DNA of 64,000 nucleotides from Candidatus Omnitrophota bacterium (GTDB lineage: Bacteria; Omnitrophota; Omnitrophia; Omnitrophales; Aquincolibacteriaceae), in contig CAIOAT010000029.1 of assembly GCA_903856085.1 (NCBI GenBank), positions 3,507 to 67,506 on the forward strand, read 5' to 3'. Position 1 is the first letter of the stretch, and each line of letters starts with the position of its first letter. The notes under the pieces were generated by a model. It searched no databases, was not told the DNA's origin, and worked only from the letters and a program-made list of their open reading frames with translations. Below, piece after piece: positions 33,300-41,620 of the stretch. The position numbers and the translations under genes were made by a program.

Positions 33300-34517
33300 A
33301 TGATCATCAAGCAAATGCTCAAAGACCGCACTCTCACCGACAAGGAAAGAAAGAATCTTGGCATTCTCGAGGTTGTCCGCAAGAATGGCCCCATTTCCAG
33401 GACCGATATTTCCAAGCTCACGGAGCTGAACATTGTTACGGTTTCTAACTACGTGAGTCATTACATCAAAAAAGGTCTTGTGATCGAAGGTGAGCTTGAT
33501 GAGTCTACGGGCGGACGAAAACCTGTGCTTGTGGAACTCAACCCCAAGGCTGGCTACATTGTGGGAGTCGGGCTTAACATGATGAGTATGGTTGCTGTGC
33601 TTGTGGATCTTGAGATCAATGTGATCAGCGAGATCAAGCGCGAAAGAGACCCAGAAAATTCTGAGAAGATCATTCATCAGATGGTAGAACTCGCGGCGGA
33701 GATCATTGAAAAGGCCGAGGTCGACAAATCCAAGATCGTCGGACTCGGGGTCGGTATCCCCGGGATTATTGACGAACGGGGGCGCACGATCCGATGGCCC
33801 CAAAGCCTTGGAGACAAAGACATTTCAGTTTGCTCTTCGATCAAGGAAACTTTCGAAAAGCGGCTCAACATTCCGACGATCGTGGAGAATGATGCGAACG
33901 CGGCAGTGCTCGGAGAAAAATGGCTGGGGCTGGATCGCGATGTCCGGAACATGGTCTATATGTTTTCGGGCGTGGGGTGCGGCATTCTCATTAATGAAGA
34001 AATTTATCGGGGAGCGAATGGCGCCGCAGGAGAGCTCGGCATCACGAGCGCGCACGCGACCAAGGACTATTCATTCAAGATCGCGACCCAGCTCGGCCGG
34101 TGGGAAATGGATATTGGCATGGTCCGCCACGCCCGCGAACGGATCGAAAAAGGCGAGCCCTCGATCCTAAAAGATCTGGTCAAGGGAGATCTTTCAAAGC
34201 TGACTTTTAAGGAAATCGTTAAGGCCATCCGGGAAAAAGACGCTTTGGCGATCAAGGTGGCAGAGCAAGCCGGGCAAGACCTTGGCAAGAAGATAGCATT
34301 CATCGTGAATCTTCTCAATCCTGAGGTTGTAGTGATCGGCGGAGGCATTGAGGATTGCGGCGCATCGCTTCTCGACGCGATCAAGAGCACGGTCAAAGAG
34401 TGGTCTGTCGAAGAGGCCGCGACGCAAGTCAAGATCATCCCGTCCGCTTTCGGGGAGAACGCTGTGGCGCTTGGCGTGGTGGGTATTGTGGCTCGCGAAG
34501 TCTTCGCTCAGGCTTAA
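33300..34517 (+). CDS. ROK-family transcriptional regulator
   Basis: wHTH (GPISRTDISK), STGGRKP, ENDANAA.LGE, GAAGELG, LLNPEVVVIGG; AGGAG favours ATG 33300 over 33264. Confidence 0.92.
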   Translation: MIIKQMLKDRTLTDKERKNLGILEVVRKNGPISRTDISKLTELNIVTVSNYVSHYIKKGLVIEGELDESTGGRKPVLVELNPKAGYIVGVGLNMMSMVAVLVDLEINVISEIKRERDPENSEKIIHQMVELAAEIIEKAEVDKSKIVGLGVGIPGIIDERGRTIRWPQSLGDKDISVCSSIKETFEKRLNIPTIVENDANAAVLGEKWLGLDRDVRNMVYMFSGVGCGILINEEIYRGANGAAGELGITSAHATKDYSFKIATQLGRWEMDIGMVRHARERIEKGEPSILKDLVKGDLSKLTFKEIVKAIREKDALAIKVAEQAGQDLGKKIAFIVNLLNPEVVVIGGGIEDCGASLLDAIKSTVKEWSVEEAATQVKIIPSAFGENAVALGVVGIVAREVFAQA

Positions 34518-34541
34518 GCGCTCTCAACTTTCGGTTCCAGA

Positions 34542-35570
34542 ATGAAAGCTTTTATACAAGCACTCAAGTCCCGGGTTCTCGCGGGAGGGAACATCACTCC
34601 AGGAGAAGCCCTTTGTCTCAGCTCCATCAAAGACTCTGCAACGCTCGACCTTCTTCTAAGCGCTGCCCACGAGATCACCGCCAAGTTCCGGCCCTCCACG
34701 CCCGATCTCTGCTCGCTTGTAAATGCTAAAAGTTATCTTTGCTCCGAGGATTGCGGTTTTTGTTCCCAATCCTCCCATTACAAAACAGGCGTGAAACGTT
34801 ACCCCCTCATGAGTTCGGAAGAAATTCTGGAAGCAGCCCAAAAAAGCGAAGCCAACGGCGTCCAAAGCTTTTGCGTGGTCACAAGTGGCGAAACTTTAAA
34901 CGATGTCGAATTTGAACAAGTGCTAGCGACTTTTCGCTTGTTAAGCGAGAAGACCCATCTCCAGCTTGATGGGTCCCTGGGGAATCTGACGGCTGAACAG
35001 ATCCGCAAGCTTCGGGAGGCCGGGATGCGGCGTTTCAATCACAATCTTCAATGTTCCCGCGAGTTTTATCCCGAGATTGTTTCCACGCATACCTATGACG
35101 AGCGAATGGAAACTTTGAAATTTCTGGAGGCGAACGGCGTCGAGGTGTGTTCAGGCGGTATTTTTGGAATGGGGGAAACGCAGGAAGATCGGATCCGTCT
35201 CGCGTTCGAACTGAAGCCCTACGACCTCCATTGCCTGCCGATCAATATTCTGAATCCGAGACCCGGGACACCGCTTGAGGGACGACAAGCCGTGAATCCC
35301 GAGGAAATCGTGAAGACGGTCGCGATTTTTCGTTTTATTCATCCCCAAGCCAATATCAAACTCGCCGGTGGCCGAGAATTAAATCTGGGCGTTTATTTTC
35401 AGGAAAAGGCCCTTCGCGGCGGGGCGAACGGTTTTGTGGTCGGCGGCTATCTCACGACGGCAGGAAATCCGCTTCAGGAAGATCTCGACATGCTCCGGCG
35501 GTCTGGTTTTTTCTTAGGGGTTGCCCACGAACACGATTGTTGCTCGTCCGGCTGCGAGCAGAAAACGTAG
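34542..35570 (+). CDS. bioB: Biotin synthase (atypical auxiliary-cluster ligands)
   Basis: CSEDCGFC radical-SAM motif, NHNL, CSGG.FGMGE, PINILNP..GTP, AGGRE, YLTT.G. Confidence 0.9.
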   Translation: MKAFIQALKSRVLAGGNITPGEALCLSSIKDSATLDLLLSAAHEITAKFRPSTPDLCSLVNAKSYLCSEDCGFCSQSSHYKTGVKRYPLMSSEEILEAAQKSEANGVQSFCVVTSGETLNDVEFEQVLATFRLLSEKTHLQLDGSLGNLTAEQIRKLREAGMRRFNHNLQCSREFYPEIVSTHTYDERMETLKFLEANGVEVCSGGIFGMGETQEDRIRLAFELKPYDLHCLPINILNPRPGTPLEGRQAVNPEEIVKTVAIFRFIHPQANIKLAGGRELNLGVYFQEKALRGGANGFVVGGYLTTAGNPLQEDLDMLRRSGFFLGVAHEHDCCSSGCEQKT

Positions 35571-35573
35571 CCC

Positions 35574-36302
35574 TTGGAACTCCCTCTTCAAGGCAAGACC
35601 CTTCTTATCACGGGCGGTACTAGCCGGCTCGGACAGGCTGTGGTACAGAAAGCCAGCCAGCAGGGCGCACGCGTCTTCTTTACCTACTTCCATTCTACGG
35701 CGCTCGCTCAAGGGCTCGAACAGACCGGCGCCCAGGGATTTGCCGTGGATCTCGCCGACGTCAAGGCCATTGATGCGTTCGCTCAGGTGTTCAGAGAAAA
35801 GGTGGAGTTCCTGGATGTCCTCATTCATAATGCCGCCGCGACCGCGGATGCGCTCATCGAAAAAATGTCCGAAAAAGAGTGGGATGACGTCATGCGGGTC
35901 AATCTTAAGGCGCCTTTTTATCTGACCCAAAAGCTCCTGCCGCTCCTTTTAAGAAAAACGCCAAGCAAGGTCTTTACCCTCGTGAGCCGCGCGGGTTTAA
36001 GCGGGCTTGCCGGAGCCGCGAACTACGCCGCTTCGAAAGGCGGGCTGATCTCCATGACCAAGACGCTTGCCCGGGAGCTTGGACGTAAAAAAATTCTCGT
36101 GAATGCCGTGAATCCAGGGTTTATGCAATCTTCGATCACCGCAAGCGTTCCCCAAGAAATTCTGCAAGAAAATCTCGAAGAGAGTCCGCTCAAAACATTT
36201 TCGGATCCCGGAGAAGTCGCGGATTTTCTTCTTTTTCTCTCCTCAGACCGGATGCGCCAGGTGACGGGGCAAGTGTTTCATTTTGAATCCCGACCTTTCT
36301 AA
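35574..36302 (+). CDS. SDR-family oxidoreductase, FabG-like
   Basis: ITGGTSRLG, NAA, YAASK, VNAVNPGF; TTG start. Confidence 0.85.
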   Translation: MELPLQGKTLLITGGTSRLGQAVVQKASQQGARVFFTYFHSTALAQGLEQTGAQGFAVDLADVKAIDAFAQVFREKVEFLDVLIHNAAATADALIEKMSEKEWDDVMRVNLKAPFYLTQKLLPLLLRKTPSKVFTLVSRAGLSGLAGAANYAASKGGLISMTKTLARELGRKKILVNAVNPGFMQSSITASVPQEILQENLEESPLKTFSDPGEVADFLLFLSSDRMRQVTGQVFHFESRPF

Positions 36303-36418
36303 GGTAGAATTTTCAGCCAACGGTTGACGCGCCAGCGCTTTTGCGCCGAAGGATGCATCTGTCCGACGAATTGAGGCAGGGTGTTGGGCGAACAAGACCT
36401 GAAGGGATCATCAAGAAC

Positions 36419-37624
36419 ATGAAACGACGCGTGGTAGTCACGGGCATGGGGGTTCTTTCGCCGATCGGGAACACGCTTGCCAAATTTCGAGAGAACCTCA
36501 AAGCCGGTGTTTCAGGAAAAGACTCCGGCGATCACTACGAGGTCGACGGGTATAAATTTCCGCCAGTTTTTCCCCTCAGAAATTTCAACCCGCGGCCATA
36601 TGGAACACATATTCTGGATCCTTTCATTCAATATGCCGTGGCGGCTGCAGATCAAGCCGTTCTTGACGCTCAGTTCGACGTTGCGGCCGTAGATCCTTAC
36701 GCGATCGCTCTTTCCGTTAGTTCGAGCAAGGGCGGCGTCCACAGCCTCGGTCGTTTTAAAGAGCGATTCTTACGAAATCCAAGCGCGATCCTGGGCGCAA
36801 GAATGTTCACGAGCGCGGTTCCGAACTTCGCGGACCAATGGATCGCCCGGCGCATGAAAATTCAAGGTCCGGCCAAATGCTATGTTGCTGCGTGTGCGAC
36901 CGGAACCGTGGCTATTGTTCAGGGCTTTCGCATGGTCTCCGAAGGGCAGGCGGAATATTGCCTTGCCGGAGCCACAGACGCTTCGATTACGCCGCTCATG
37001 CTGGGCGGTTACAAAAATATGAAAGCGCTTGCGACTAAAGACATACGTCCGTTCGACAAAAGGCGCAATGGATTTTTGGTGGGCGAAGGCGCGGGGGTGG
37101 TTTTTCTCGAGACGCTTGAAAGCGCGAAGGCGCGTGGCGTAAAAATCTACGGCGAGATCGTCGAGGCTGCCTACGGCCAGGATAGCAAGCAGCCAATTCT
37201 TTTTGATTTGAACGAACACGCCTTATCGCACACCTTGAAGGTTCTTCTCAAGAGAGCCGGCATCGCTTCCCGGGATATTGATTATATGAATCTACACGGC
37301 ACGGGTACGAGGCACGGAGATCTTTATGAGACGCTAGAACTTAAAGAAGCTCTTGGTGAAGAAGCTTACAAAATTCCGATGAGTTCGACTAAGGGGGCGA
37401 CCGGGCATATGCTCGGAGCGACGGGTGCTGTTGAGATCATTGCGACATTTCTCGGAATCCACGAGGAATTTATCCCGCCGACCGTGGGCCTTGAAGAAAA
37501 GGATCCTGCCTGCGATCTGGATTATACCCCCGGGAAAATGCGACAGCGCAAGATCACAAACGCCGTCAAAGTTTCTATGGGTTTTGGCGGCCAAGTTGCA
37601 GCTGTGCTGCTGCGTAAAATATGA
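36419..37624 (+). CDS. Beta-ketoacyl-ACP synthase, FabF-like
   Basis: MKRRVVVTGMG; Cys-His-His triad in AACATG, HGTGT and GHMLGA; GFGG; overlaps the bioF start (ATGA/ATAT-GA). Confidence 0.9.
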   Translation: MKRRVVVTGMGVLSPIGNTLAKFRENLKAGVSGKDSGDHYEVDGYKFPPVFPLRNFNPRPYGTHILDPFIQYAVAAADQAVLDAQFDVAAVDPYAIALSVSSSKGGVHSLGRFKERFLRNPSAILGARMFTSAVPNFADQWIARRMKIQGPAKCYVAACATGTVAIVQGFRMVSEGQAEYCLAGATDASITPLMLGGYKNMKALATKDIRPFDKRRNGFLVGEGAGVVFLETLESAKARGVKIYGEIVEAAYGQDSKQPILFDLNEHALSHTLKVLLKRAGIASRDIDYMNLHGTGTRHGDLYETLELKEALGEEAYKIPMSSTKGATGHMLGATGAVEIIATFLGIHEEFIPPTVGLEEKDPACDLDYTPGKMRQRKITNAVKVSMGFGGQVAAVLLRKI

Positions 37625-38790
37625 AACAAGGTTATTTGCAGGGAATAGAACAACTGAAACATGACAATCTCTATCGCAAACTCCGCGTCCTGGAAAGGCA
37701 TGAAGGCGTGCGGGCTTTTTTTAAAGGCCGCAAATTGCTGCTTTTTTGTAGTAATGATTATCTAGGGCTAAGCCGGCATCCCCGCGTGGTTCATGCGGCC
37801 CAAAAGGCGCTGAAAAAATATGGCGTGGGAGCAGGCGCCGCGCGGCTTATCTCGGGAACCACGGACGCTCACACTGCCCTCGAAAAAAAGATCGCGCAAT
37901 TTAAAAGAAAAGAAAGCGCGCTTGTGTTTGCCGCTGGGTTTCTCGCGAATCTCGGCATTTTGACGACCTTTGCTGGCGAGCAAGACGTTATTATCATGGA
38001 CAAACTTTGTCACGCGTCGCTCGTGGAGGGTGCCCGTCTTTCAAAAGCCGAATTTCGCGTCTTTCCGCATAAAAACTATAAAAAATGTGAAGATCTTCTT
38101 CGGGGCGCACAAGGCGCGCGACGGCGGATCCTCGTGACCGAAACGGTCTTTAGCATGGATGGAGACCTTGCGGATCTCAAGGAGCTTGTCCGGTTGAAAG
38201 AAAAATACAATGCATTGCTTGTAGTCGACGACGCGCACGGAACGGGCGTTCTCGGAGCGCACGGACGCGGAGCAACGGAAAATGGCGGTCTGGCCCAAAA
38301 GATAGATATCATTATGGGGACGCTTTCCAAAGCCATAGGCGGGCTTGGTGGGTTTGTGGCCGCGGATAAAATCTTGATCGATTACCTCGTCAATTTTGCA
38401 AGGCCGTTCATTTTTGCCACGGCGCTTCCGCCGGCGCTCTGTGAAGCTGCGCGTGAAGCGTTGTGTGTGATCGACGAAGAGCCGACGGCGAGGGAAAAAC
38501 TTTGGCGAAATATCAGCGCGGTTCATCAAGGATTGACCCGGAGCGGATTCTCGATCGCAAAACCTGAGTCCGCGATCCTGCCCGTCATGGTGGGCGATGA
38601 AGGAAAAGCGATGGAGATTTTTGATAAACTTCTCGCGCGAGGAATTTTTATTCCGGCGGTGCGTTACCCGACTGTTCCCAAAGGCAAAGCCCGGCTCCGG
38701 GTGACCGTTAGCGCCGCGCATTCGGAGAAAGATATTTGCAAGCTCCTGGGGGCATTTCAAGCGCTGAGCCGAGAAGAATTCACCCGATGA
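37621..38790 (+). CDS. bioF: 8-amino-7-oxononanoate synthase
   Basis: SNDYLGL, HASL, FSMDGD, DDAHG, GTLSKA, PTVPKG..RLR. Confidence 0.95.
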   Translation: MKQGYLQGIEQLKHDNLYRKLRVLERHEGVRAFFKGRKLLLFCSNDYLGLSRHPRVVHAAQKALKKYGVGAGAARLISGTTDAHTALEKKIAQFKRKESALVFAAGFLANLGILTTFAGEQDVIIMDKLCHASLVEGARLSKAEFRVFPHKNYKKCEDLLRGAQGARRRILVTETVFSMDGDLADLKELVRLKEKYNALLVVDDAHGTGVLGAHGRGATENGGLAQKIDIIMGTLSKAIGGLGGFVAADKILIDYLVNFARPFIFATALPPALCEAAREALCVIDEEPTAREKLWRNISAVHQGLTRSGFSIAKPESAILPVMVGDEGKAMEIFDKLLARGIFIPAVRYPTVPKGKARLRVTVSAAHSEKDICKLLGAFQALSREEFTR

Positions 38791-39230
38791 AAAAGATTAT
38801 TTCCACGATGGCGGTCATGATGTTTTTGACGTCGTCGAGTTCTTATGCGGAGTTTAAGTCAGCGCAACAGATTGTCCCGACGCCAATGCTCATGCTCATT
38901 CTCAAATCCGATAAACAAACATATATTGCGGATGAGAGAGTCAGTCTTTTGTTAACTGTGAAAAACTTGGGCTCTCAAGGGGCGCAGCTCTTTGATGGAC
39001 CTTATTTGCGGACAAGGGTGGTGTTCGATAACAAGGAATATAAAAACACAGGCGGTATCGCTTGGGGCGGGCCCGATGCTGTTCCGCCGGGGAGTGAAAT
39101 GAACATCGCCGTTGAACTGTCAGCTTATGGCATTACCAAAGATATGTTGAATTCGGGCGAACACTCTGTTGTTGTAAAGCTAAACGGAGCTATTTCTAAC
39201 GCTCTCAGTTTCAAAATCAAAGAGAAATGA
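38787..39230 (+). CDS. Hypothetical secreted beta-rich (Ig-like) protein
   Basis: ATG overlaps the bioF stop; signal peptide MKKIISTMAVMMFLTSSSSYA; LKSDKQTY...V.L.LTVKN...SNALSFKI. Confidence 0.7.
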   Translation: MKKIISTMAVMMFLTSSSSYAEFKSAQQIVPTPMLMLILKSDKQTYIADERVSLLLTVKNLGSQGAQLFDGPYLRTRVVFDNKEYKNTGGIAWGGPDAVPPGSEMNIAVELSAYGITKDMLNSGEHSVVVKLNGAISNALSFKIKEK

Positions 39231-39339
39231 AAAGGCTTGGTGCCGAGCCACAAACTCTAAAGCGGGCGGACGTAATGCTTTCATCCCCGGCGATAAAAAA
39301 TCAGACAAGGTTATCAAGAGAACTTAGGACCGTTATAAA

Positions 39340-40692
39340 ATGAAAACAAAAACTTTGATAGCAAAAGACAGAAAATATCTTTGGCATCCATTCACCCAGA
39401 TGCAGGACTGGCAGACGGAGGAGTTTCCAGTCATTGAAAAAGGGGACGGGTGTTATCTGATCGACACGGAAGGTCGTCGTTATCTGGACGGAGTGTCGTC
39501 GCTTTGGTGCAATGTGCATGGGCACAAGGTCAAAGAACTCGATCGCGCGATCAAAAAGCAGCTTCAAAAAATCTCACACACCACGTTTCTGGGTCTGACG
39601 CATCCCACGGCTATCGAACTTGCCGAAAAGCTCGCCGCCATTGCTCCCAAAGGTTTGACCCGTGTTTTTTATTCAGATTCCGGATCTGAGGCTGTGGAAA
39701 TCGCGCTCAAAATGGCATTTCAGTATTGGGCGCAAAAAGGCCACCCCGAGAAGAAAAAGTTCGCAAGACTCGAAAATGCTTATCATGGCGATACACTCGG
39801 AGCTGTAAGTGTCGGCGGGATCGATCTATTCCACCAGATTTACAAACCGCTTTTATTCAATACTTTTGCGATCCCGTCGCCTTACCGCTATCGCTGGGAA
39901 ACAGGCAGCGATCCGGAAAAAGTTAAAAACGAGTCGCTCAATAGCATGGAGGAAATTCTTAGGGAGCATCACCAGGAGATCGCCGCGTTCGTGATGGAGC
40001 CATTGATGCAAGGAGCTGCGGGGATGATCGACCAGCCCACGGGATACATTTCCCGTGCCAGGGAGTTGACGCGAAAGTATAATACTCTCCTGATCTTTGA
40101 CGAGGTTGCAACAGGGTTCGGGCGAACCGGGGAAATGTTCGCCGCGGATCATGAAAGCGTGACGCCGGACATTATGGCAGTTGCCAAAGGCATCACGGGC
40201 GGTTACCTGCCTCTTGCGGCGACGCTTGCAACCGAAGAAGTTTATGACGCGTTCCTGGGCCGGTACGAAGAATTCAAGGCCTTCTTTCATGGCCATACAT
40301 ACACAGCGAATCCGTTAGCTTGCGCGGCGGCGATCGCGAATCTTGAGATTTTTGAAAAACAAAAAACGCTCGAAAAGTTACAGCCCAAGATCCGGCTCAT
40401 AAAAAAACGGCTCGAGGGATTTTACAAACTCAAATGTGTGGGTGATATCAGGCAATGCGGCATCATGGTCGGGATCGAGCTTGTCAGGGACAAGGCGACC
40501 AAGGAACCGTTTGACGCAAAAGAAAAAGTGGGTGTTCGCGTGATCGAACGGGCGCGAAAAAAAGGCGCGATCCTCCGGCCGCTGGGTTCGGTGATTGTAC
40601 TTATGCCGCCCTTGGCGATGACAGAAAGAGAATTGGACCGGCTGCTTGATATTACTTATGATTCAATCGAAGAAACTACCAATAAGCGATAG
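39340..40692 (+). CDS. bioA: 7,8-diaminononanoate (DAPA) aminotransferase
   Basis: LWHPFTQM, DGVSSLW, SGSEAVE.ALK, YHGDT, DEVATGFGRTG, AKGITGGYLPL. Confidence 0.96.
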   Translation: MKTKTLIAKDRKYLWHPFTQMQDWQTEEFPVIEKGDGCYLIDTEGRRYLDGVSSLWCNVHGHKVKELDRAIKKQLQKISHTTFLGLTHPTAIELAEKLAAIAPKGLTRVFYSDSGSEAVEIALKMAFQYWAQKGHPEKKKFARLENAYHGDTLGAVSVGGIDLFHQIYKPLLFNTFAIPSPYRYRWETGSDPEKVKNESLNSMEEILREHHQEIAAFVMEPLMQGAAGMIDQPTGYISRARELTRKYNTLLIFDEVATGFGRTGEMFAADHESVTPDIMAVAKGITGGYLPLAATLATEEVYDAFLGRYEEFKAFFHGHTYTANPLACAAAIANLEIFEKQKTLEKLQPKIRLIKKRLEGFYKLKCVGDIRQCGIMVGIELVRDKATKEPFDAKEKVGVRVIERARKKGAILRPLGSVIVLMPPLAMTERELDRLLDITYDSIEETTNKR

Positions 40693-40695
40693 CGG

Positions 40696-40760
40696 TTCAC
40701 GGGCCATGTACCATGAGCCGGATACTGCCTTTGCATGGACCGTAGGGTGTGGACTGTGGA
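40696..40760. repeat. Heptamer-periodic inverted repeat
   Basis: ttcacgg gccatgt accatga ... ccgtagg gtgtgga ctgtgga, between bioA and bioD. Confidence 0.6.
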
Positions 40761-40767
40761 GCGCGTT

Positions 40768-41505
40768 ATGAAACCAGGTATTTTTATTACAGGAACAGAT
40801 ACCGACGTCGGGAAAACAGTGGTTTCCGCCGGGCTCGCGCTTGTCCTCCGGGGCCGCGGGATGAAGGTTGGCGTGATGAAACCCGTGGCGACCGGCTGCT
40901 ATGGTAGCGATGAAAAGCTTATCTCCCAAGATGCGGCCTTCTTGATGGAAGCTGCCCAAAACGAATACCCGCCGCTCACGAGTCCGTCACGATTCCGCAA
41001 TCCTCTTTCGCCGAACGTTGCGGCCATGCTCGAAAAAAAAGAAGTAGACGTTCCCAACATCCTTAAAAGTTATCGCGAACTTCAGAAACACTATGATTTC
41101 ATAATTGTGGAGGGCGTGGGCGGGCTTATGGTCCCGCTCAAGAAAGATTATTACGTCGCCAACCTTATCCGCGACATGGGATTGCCGATCGTGATCGTGT
41201 CGTACGCGGGGCTTGGTGCGATCAATCACACGCTGCTTACCGTGGATGCAGCCACGATCCGGGGGCTGGAAGTGCGCGGCATTATCTTTAACCGTGTCGC
41301 CGTGGCGAATTATTCGCTGGCCGAACTTACGAACCCGAAGGTCATTCATGACCTTTCCGGCGTTCCGATCCTTGGCAGCTTGCCCAACATTGAGGGTCTG
41401 AACATGGACAACTGTCAGTTCGGGAAGCTTAAGGAGATTTTCCAGGAGCGCATTCGAGTCGACAAGATCGCGGGAAATCTTGTCGGTGCCATCCCCCAAA
41501 AATAA
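40768..41505 (+). CDS. bioD: Dethiobiotin synthase
   Basis: FITGTDTDVGKT, MKPVATG, VEGVGG..VPL, LGAINHTLL. Confidence 0.96.
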   Translation: MKPGIFITGTDTDVGKTVVSAGLALVLRGRGMKVGVMKPVATGCYGSDEKLISQDAAFLMEAAQNEYPPLTSPSRFRNPLSPNVAAMLEKKEVDVPNILKSYRELQKHYDFIIVEGVGGLMVPLKKDYYVANLIRDMGLPIVIVSYAGLGAINHTLLTVDAATIRGLEVRGIIFNRVAVANYSLAELTNPKVIHDLSGVPILGSLPNIEGLNMDNCQFGKLKEIFQERIRVDKIAGNLVGAIPQK

Positions 41506-41533
41506 CCCGAAAGGAAGAATCCTTGTCCAAACG

Positions 41534-41575
41534 GTCCCAACGCTTATCCCTTTCACTGAAGTGGAAAGTGGGGTC
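41534..41575 (+). repeat. 42-bp palindromic element, copy 1
   Basis: gtcccaacgcttatccctttcactgaagtggaaagtggggtc; 25/42 identical (hand count) to 42230-42271. Confidence 0.65.
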
Positions 41576-41620
41576 TTCCAAGTCGCCATGATTCTCTCTA
41601 ATAAAAATCACCGGGTAACC

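Noticed and set aside
41480-41620. ORF-track N-terminal extensions of rnfC (also yidC 20641, fabF 36341, trmD 55381, rpmH 19959)
   Set aside because: They overlap upstream genes or repeat elements; homology begins at the downstream ATGs.
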